DNA from: Candidatus Deferrimicrobiaceae bacterium
GTDB taxonomy: Bacteria; Desulfobacterota; Deferrimicrobia; Deferrimicrobiales; Deferrimicrobiaceae
Length of the DNA stretch: 64,000 nucleotides
Reading direction: 5' to 3'
Assembly (NCBI GenBank): GCA_963792415.1
Contig: CAWBVY010000007.1
Coordinates: 1-64,000, forward strand
Shown here: positions 59,185 through 64,000 of the stretch, piece by piece
How positions within the stretch are numbered: the first letter of the stretch is position 1
Layout: each line of letters begins with the position of its first letter
Program-made: the position numbers and the translations under genes
Notes under the pieces: generated by a model
What the model was told of the DNA's origin: nothing
Database searches by the model: none
The model's input: only the letters and a program-made list of their open reading frames with translations

Positions 59185-61656
59185 ATGGTGGAGAGCCCGT
59201 ACACCCGCTTTTCCCTCCTGGCCCGGATCGTCGAGATCTCCAACTCGAACATCCAGGTCGAGAACCGCCTGAAGTACATCTGCGATTTCCTCGCGCGGCA
59301 GACGCAATCGGATTGCGTCTGCATCTACCGGCGCGATGCGCACAAGGAGTACCTGGCGCCGTGGGTCTCCTCGAGTTGCGAGATCGAGGAGTGCGCCAAC
59401 AAGGATTTCGTGGTCCGTCCCGGGGAAGGGGTTTCCGGGAAGGTGGCGCGGAAGCGCGCCCCGGTCCTCTTCCCTGACGTGAAGGCGGATCCCCCGACGT
59501 CCGCCGTTCCCCAGGAATTGGGCGACTTCACCTCCATTCTCTCCATGCCGGTCATGGACGACGTGTACCTCTACGGCGTGATGAACTTTTCCGCCCTGGC
59601 TCCGGTGAACTACACGGAGGAGGACATGGCCCTCCTCACGTCCGTCGCGACGGAGGTGGCGGGGACGATCCGCAACAGCCGGCTATACAACGACATCCGG
59701 AAGCGCGTCTCGGAGCTCATCACGCTGAACGAGATCGGACGCGAGATCTCCTCGACCTTCGAAGTGAAGGAAGCGCTGGGCTACGTCGCCAAGACCACGC
59801 TGAGACTGTTGTCGGCCGAAGGGTGCACGGTGCGCCTCGCGGGAGAGGGGGGCGGTATTCTCAAGGTGGCGGTGGACGAGGGGTACTCTCGCCCCGGCTT
59901 CCGTCGGGAGCTTCGGCCGGTGGGAAAGGAGCTGGCCCGGCGGATCCACGACGAGAAGCGCCCGCTCCTGATCAACGGCTCCGAGGATTCTCCGCTCCAT
60001 TCCATGCTTGCCGACCACCGGGTCACCTCCTTCCTCGGTCTCCCCATCGTTTCCCACGGGCGGTCCCTCGGGACGATCAGCTACTACTCCACCTCCCCCC
60101 GGTTGCGCTTCGACATGCAAGGGGTGCACCTGATCCAGACGGTGTGCTCCCAGCTGGCGAACATGATCGAGAACGTGGCGATCCTGCGGAATGCGCAGCG
60201 GCTGGCGCAGGAGAACCAGGTCAAGGTGCAGCGGATCTCGACGCTCTACGACGTCGCCCGCGCTCTCATGTCCACGGTAAAGATGGAGCGGCTGCTTCCG
60301 ATCATGCTGTACGCCCTCATCTCCCCGCGCGGGCTGAACTTCAGCAGGGCGATCCTGTTTCTCACCTCGGAGGTTGGGGAGGGGCTTTTCGCCCGGATGG
60401 CGATGGGGCCGCGCGATCGCGCGGAGGCGCGGCGGATCGGCCGGCTTCCACGGGGGCTGCTGGGCGAAGGCGCGGCCGGGGCGGCGGGGGAGAAGATCCG
60501 GAACCTGCTCTGGTCCGACGTCGGGAACCTGAGGATCCCGGCGTCGGACGCCGCTTGCCTCGTGGCGATTGCGGTGAAGGAGAAACGGCCGGTGCGGACG
60601 GAGTCCGGCTGCGGGGCCCCGAAGGGCACGGGCGATGCGGGCTCCCGGGGGGGGTTCTGCGGCCGCCACCCGGGCTCCTTCGCCGCCGTCCCCCTGCTGG
60701 TCAAGGGGGAGGCGCGCGGGGCGATCTACGTGGACAACCTCTTCCTGGAGAGACCGATCACCGAAGAGGACATCCAGCTGCTCACGATGTTCGCCTCCAA
60801 CGCGTGTCTCGCGATGGAGAACGCCTCCCTCTACGAGTCCCTGGAGGACGCGCTCGAGACCGTCCGGACCACGCAGGACCAGTTGATGCAGAGCGAGAAG
60901 CTCATGGCGCTCGGGGAGATGGCGGCCAGGATCGCCCACGAGATCAAGAACCCTCTCACCGCGATCGGGGGGTTCGCCCGGCGGATCGCCTCCCCCAAGC
61001 CGGGGGGAGGGGCGCCCCCGGTCGAGCGGTACGCCCGGATCATCCTGAAGGAAGTCGAACGGCTGGAGCGGATCATCAACGAGACGCTCTACTTCTCCAG
61101 GGAGAGGGTTCCCGCGTTCCGCATCGTGGACCTGAACGCGGAGATCCGCGAAGTGCTGTCGATGTTCCGGGAGGAGTTCGAGGAGGCCCGCATCTCCGCG
61201 GTGGTCGACCTTCCCCAGGACCTTCCCTCCATCATGGTCGATCCGGACCAGATCCGGCAGGTCGTATGGAACCTCGTCTCCAACGCCATCCAGGCGATGG
61301 GGGGGAGCGGCATCCTCACCGTCGCCACGCACCTCGCCGACACCGCGGAGGGAACCGGCGTGGTTCTCGAGGTGAGCGACACCGGCGGCGGGATCCCGCA
61401 CGACGTGGTGCAGAACATCTTCAACCCGTTCTTCACCACGAAGCCGAAGGGGACCGGCCTCGGGCTTCCGATCGTCCACTCCATCATCGAGAAGCACGGG
61501 GGGACGATCCATCTGGACAACCGGGAGGGGGTCGGTGTAGCCTTCTCCATCTTCCTCCCCCTCCTTCCGAAGGGGGCGAGGACCGGGGACCGGATCCTCG
61601 AGCAGATGCGCAAAGGCGGAGTGGATGGAAACGGTCCTGCGGCGAATCAGGGATAA
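59185..61656 (+). CDS. Multi-GAF sensor histidine kinase
   Basis: Three GAF-like repeats, then 'AHEIKNPL', 'NLVSNAIQA', 'DTGGGI' and 'FFTTKPKGTGLGL'. Confidence 0.93.
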   Translation: MVESPYTRFSLLARIVEISNSNIQVENRLKYICDFLARQTQSDCVCIYRRDAHKEYLAPWVSSSCEIEECANKDFVVRPGEGVSGKVARKRAPVLFPDVKADPPTSAVPQELGDFTSILSMPVMDDVYLYGVMNFSALAPVNYTEEDMALLTSVATEVAGTIRNSRLYNDIRKRVSELITLNEIGREISSTFEVKEALGYVAKTTLRLLSAEGCTVRLAGEGGGILKVAVDEGYSRPGFRRELRPVGKELARRIHDEKRPLLINGSEDSPLHSMLADHRVTSFLGLPIVSHGRSLGTISYYSTSPRLRFDMQGVHLIQTVCSQLANMIENVAILRNAQRLAQENQVKVQRISTLYDVARALMSTVKMERLLPIMLYALISPRGLNFSRAILFLTSEVGEGLFARMAMGPRDRAEARRIGRLPRGLLGEGAAGAAGEKIRNLLWSDVGNLRIPASDAACLVAIAVKEKRPVRTESGCGAPKGTGDAGSRGGFCGRHPGSFAAVPLLVKGEARGAIYVDNLFLERPITEEDIQLLTMFASNACLAMENASLYESLEDALETVRTTQDQLMQSEKLMALGEMAARIAHEIKNPLTAIGGFARRIASPKPGGGAPPVERYARIILKEVERLERIINETLYFSRERVPAFRIVDLNAEIREVLSMFREEFEEARISAVVDLPQDLPSIMVDPDQIRQVVWNLVSNAIQAMGGSGILTVATHLADTAEGTGVVLEVSDTGGGIPHDVVQNIFNPFFTTKPKGTGLGLPIVHSIIEKHGGTIHLDNREGVGVAFSIFLPLLPKGARTGDRILEQMRKGGVDGNGPAANQG

Positions 61657-62722
61657 GGTCGAGGCGGGGGAGCGGCTCCCGGAGGCCGACGCGCTCGCGC
61701 TCTATCGCACGCGGGACATCCTCGCCGTCGGGGAAATGGCGGCCCTGGCGAACCGGCGGGTGAACGACGACCGCGTCCACTTCATCGTCAACCGGCACGT
61801 GAACCCGACGAACATCTGCGTGAACCGGTGCAGGTTCTGCGCGTTCAGCAAGGAGAGGAACGACCCCCTCGCGTACACGATGACGATGGACGAGATCCTC
61901 CGCCGGGCGGAAGAGGCCCGGGAGCAGGGGGCCACGGAGCTTCACATCGTCGGGGGGTTGCACCCGGACCTCCCCTTCGATTTCTATCTGACGATGCTGC
62001 GCTCCCTGCGGGAACGGTTCCCTTCCCTGCACGTCCAGGCGTTCACCGCGGTGGAGATCGACTATTTCCGGGCGATCACCGGGCTGCCGCTGGCCGGGGT
62101 AATCTCGCAATTGAAGGACGCGGGGCTCGGATCCCTTCCCGGCGGCGGGGCGGAGATCTTCGCTCCGGAGATCCGGAACGAAATCTGTCCCGAGAAGATT
62201 TCGGGGGATCGGTGGCTCGAGGTGATGGAGGCGGTCCACGCGGCGGGGCTTCGGAGCAACGCCACGATGCTCTACGGACACGTGGAGACGCTGGAGTCGC
62301 GCGTGGACCACATGCGGCGCCTGCGGGAGCTGCAGGACCGCACCGGCGGGTTCCAGTCGTTCATCCCCCTGGCCTTCCACCCGAAGAACACGGAGATCGC
62401 GAAGGGGTACACCACGGGGCTCGAGGACCTGCTCGCGCTGGCGGTGGCGAGGCTCTACCTGGACAACTTCCGCCACATCAAGTCGTTCTGGATCATGGTG
62501 GGACCGAAGCTGGCGCAGATCTCCCTCCATTTCGGGGTGGACGACATCGACGGTACCGTGGTCGAGGAGAAGATCACCCACGCGGCCGGCGCGCAGGCGG
62601 GGCAGGAGATGTCCGTCGCCGAGCTCGTGGCGATGATCCGCCAGGCGGGGAAGATCCCCGTGGAGCGGGACACCCTCTACAACGTGGTCCGCGAGTGGCC
62701 GGCGGAGGGGGACGGGGGGTGA
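61625..62722 (+). CDS. mqnE: Aminofutalosine synthase (radical SAM)
   Basis: 'NPTNICVNRCRFCAF', 'ELHIVGG', 'SNATMLYGH', 'FIPLAFHP' and 'HIKSFW'. Confidence 0.92.
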   Translation: METVLRRIRDKVEAGERLPEADALALYRTRDILAVGEMAALANRRVNDDRVHFIVNRHVNPTNICVNRCRFCAFSKERNDPLAYTMTMDEILRRAEEAREQGATELHIVGGLHPDLPFDFYLTMLRSLRERFPSLHVQAFTAVEIDYFRAITGLPLAGVISQLKDAGLGSLPGGGAEIFAPEIRNEICPEKISGDRWLEVMEAVHAAGLRSNATMLYGHVETLESRVDHMRRLRELQDRTGGFQSFIPLAFHPKNTEIAKGYTTGLEDLLALAVARLYLDNFRHIKSFWIMVGPKLAQISLHFGVDDIDGTVVEEKITHAAGAQAGQEMSVAELVAMIRQAGKIPVERDTLYNVVREWPAEGDGG

Positions 62723-63840
62723 ACGGATCCGGGGCGGATTGGAGGGAAGCGATCGGGCGGGTTTCGCTCGGGCGCGTGTCGGTGGCGGAGGGGGGGCGGC
62801 TCCTTCGGGAGGCGCCGCTGTTCGAGCTGGGGCGGGCCGCCGACGCGGTTCGCCGGAAACTGCACCCGGACGGCATCGTCACCTACATCGTCGACCGGAA
62901 CATCAACTACACGAACGTCTGCTCCTGCGGCTGCTCCTTCTGCGCCTTCTACCGGAAGAAGGACGCGCCCGACGCCTACGTCCTCTCCGGGGAGGAGCTC
63001 TCCGCGAAGATCGTCGACACGATCGCGGCGGGCGGGGTCCGCGTGCTGCTGCAGGGGGGGCTGCACCCCGACTGGGGGATCGGCGAGGCGGTCCGCCTGG
63101 TGCGGGCGGTGAAGCGGCACCCGATCCAGCTGCACGGGTTCTCCCCGCCGGAAGTCTGGCACTTCGCGCATCAATCGGGGATGACGATCGGGGAGGTGAT
63201 CGCGCGACTGAAGGACGCCGGCCTCGATTCGATCCCCGGCGGCGGTGCCGAGATCCTCGACGACGAGGTGCGGCGCCGGATCAGCCCGAAGAAGATCGGG
63301 TGGGAGCAGTGGGCGGCGGTGATGCGCGAGGCGCATCGACAGGGGCTTCGGTCCACCGCGACGATGATGTTCGGAAGCGTCGAGACGCCCGAAGCGATCG
63401 TCGCGCACCTGCTGCGGGTCCGCGCGCTTCAGGAGGAAACGGAGGGCTTCACCGCGTTCATCCCCTGGGTGTTCCAGCCGGGGAACACCGAGCTGTCGCG
63501 CGACCCGCGGTTCGGGGAGGCGTCGGCCCGGGGATTCGGCCACGCCGATGGGTACCTGCGGGTCCTGGCGCTGTCCCGGATCCTCCTGCCGAACGTTTCG
63601 ACCGTCCAGGTGTCGTGGGTGACGATGGGGGCGAAGGTGGCGCAGATCGGGCTCTTCTTCGGCGCGGACGACTTCGGCAGCACGATGATGGAGGAGAACG
63701 TGGTCGCCTCCGCGGGCGTCTCCTTCCGGATGTCCGAGGAGGAGATCGTCGCCACGATCGGGGACGCCGGGTTCGCCGCCTCGCGGCGGTCGGCGCCGGC
63801 GGGTGCGCAGGGCGGAAAACGAGAGACGGGAGCGGCCTGA
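62719..63840 (+). CDS. mqnC: Cyclic dehypoxanthine futalosine synthase (radical SAM)
   Basis: 'TYIVDRNINYTNVC..CSFCAF', 'LQGGLHP', 'STATMMFG', 'SWVT' and 'DFGSTMMEENVV'. Confidence 0.93.
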   Translation: MNGSGADWREAIGRVSLGRVSVAEGGRLLREAPLFELGRAADAVRRKLHPDGIVTYIVDRNINYTNVCSCGCSFCAFYRKKDAPDAYVLSGEELSAKIVDTIAAGGVRVLLQGGLHPDWGIGEAVRLVRAVKRHPIQLHGFSPPEVWHFAHQSGMTIGEVIARLKDAGLDSIPGGGAEILDDEVRRRISPKKIGWEQWAAVMREAHRQGLRSTATMMFGSVETPEAIVAHLLRVRALQEETEGFTAFIPWVFQPGNTELSRDPRFGEASARGFGHADGYLRVLALSRILLPNVSTVQVSWVTMGAKVAQIGLFFGADDFGSTMMEENVVASAGVSFRMSEEEIVATIGDAGFAASRRSAPAGAQGGKRETGAA

Positions 63841-63844
63841 CAAG

Positions 63845-64000
63845 ATGCTCGACCTGAAATTCGTCCGGGAAAACCTCGCGATCGTTGAAGAGGCGCTGCG
63901 GAGGCGCCGGTCCTCCCTTACCCTCGACGGCTTCGTTGCGCTGGACAAGGCGCGGCGGGAACTGCTCGTGGAGGTGGAGGGGATGCGGGCGGAGCGCAAC
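63845..64000 (+). CDS. serS: Serine--tRNA ligase, N-terminal part (runs off window)
   Basis: MLDLKFVRENLAIVEEALRRRR...LDKARRELLVEVEGMRAERN is a typical SerRS coiled-coil start. Confidence 0.88.
   Translation, partial: MLDLKFVRENLAIVEEALRRRRSSLTLDGFVALDKARRELLVEVEGMRAERN

Noticed and set aside
1-64000. CRISPR arrays, rRNA, intact transposases or integrases, defence systems
   Set aside because: No regularly spaced repeat-spacer arrays or corresponding protein motifs were seen on manual reading.

Overview
GC-rich bacterial chromosomal window. Gene content (futalosine menaquinone pathway, dapL, hrcA/CIRCE, dksA, c-type cytochrome, sigma54/sigma28-like promoters) suggests a deltaproteobacteria-like (Desulfobacterota-related) lineage; this is an inference. 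The left ~24 kb is accessory-rich. It holds a TetR-controlled module (three-CxxCH cytochrome c, O-methyltransferase, membrane adenylate cyclase) with shared palindromic operators. It also holds tRNA-Arg(ACG) with a ~1.1 kb decayed integrative element, which contains a duplicated tRNA-Arg 3' end, a back-to-back tRNA-Gly 3' fragment, and unannotated RHH and small membrane-peptide genes. Further right are a DUF1254 gene, a Csu-type chaperone-usher pilus operon bracketed by a ~205 bp direct repeat of the neighbouring ABC-permease 3' end, an ABC importer with a HAD phosphatase, and a hybrid kinase plus GGDEF/EAL pair. The pilus and kinase operons both carry sigma28-consensus promoters. The right ~40 kb is mostly housekeeping: infA, dapL, a short S1, CIRCE-hrcA-grpE-dnaJ (no dnaK), dinG, galU, lon, larBC, radA, tag, rlmE, a prenyl synthase with an apparent ATC start, a cobalamin riboswitch with btuFCDB, dksA, galT-glgA, mqnE, mqnC and the start of serS. 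No CRISPR array or rRNA was seen. All calls come from manual reading; no database searches were run.
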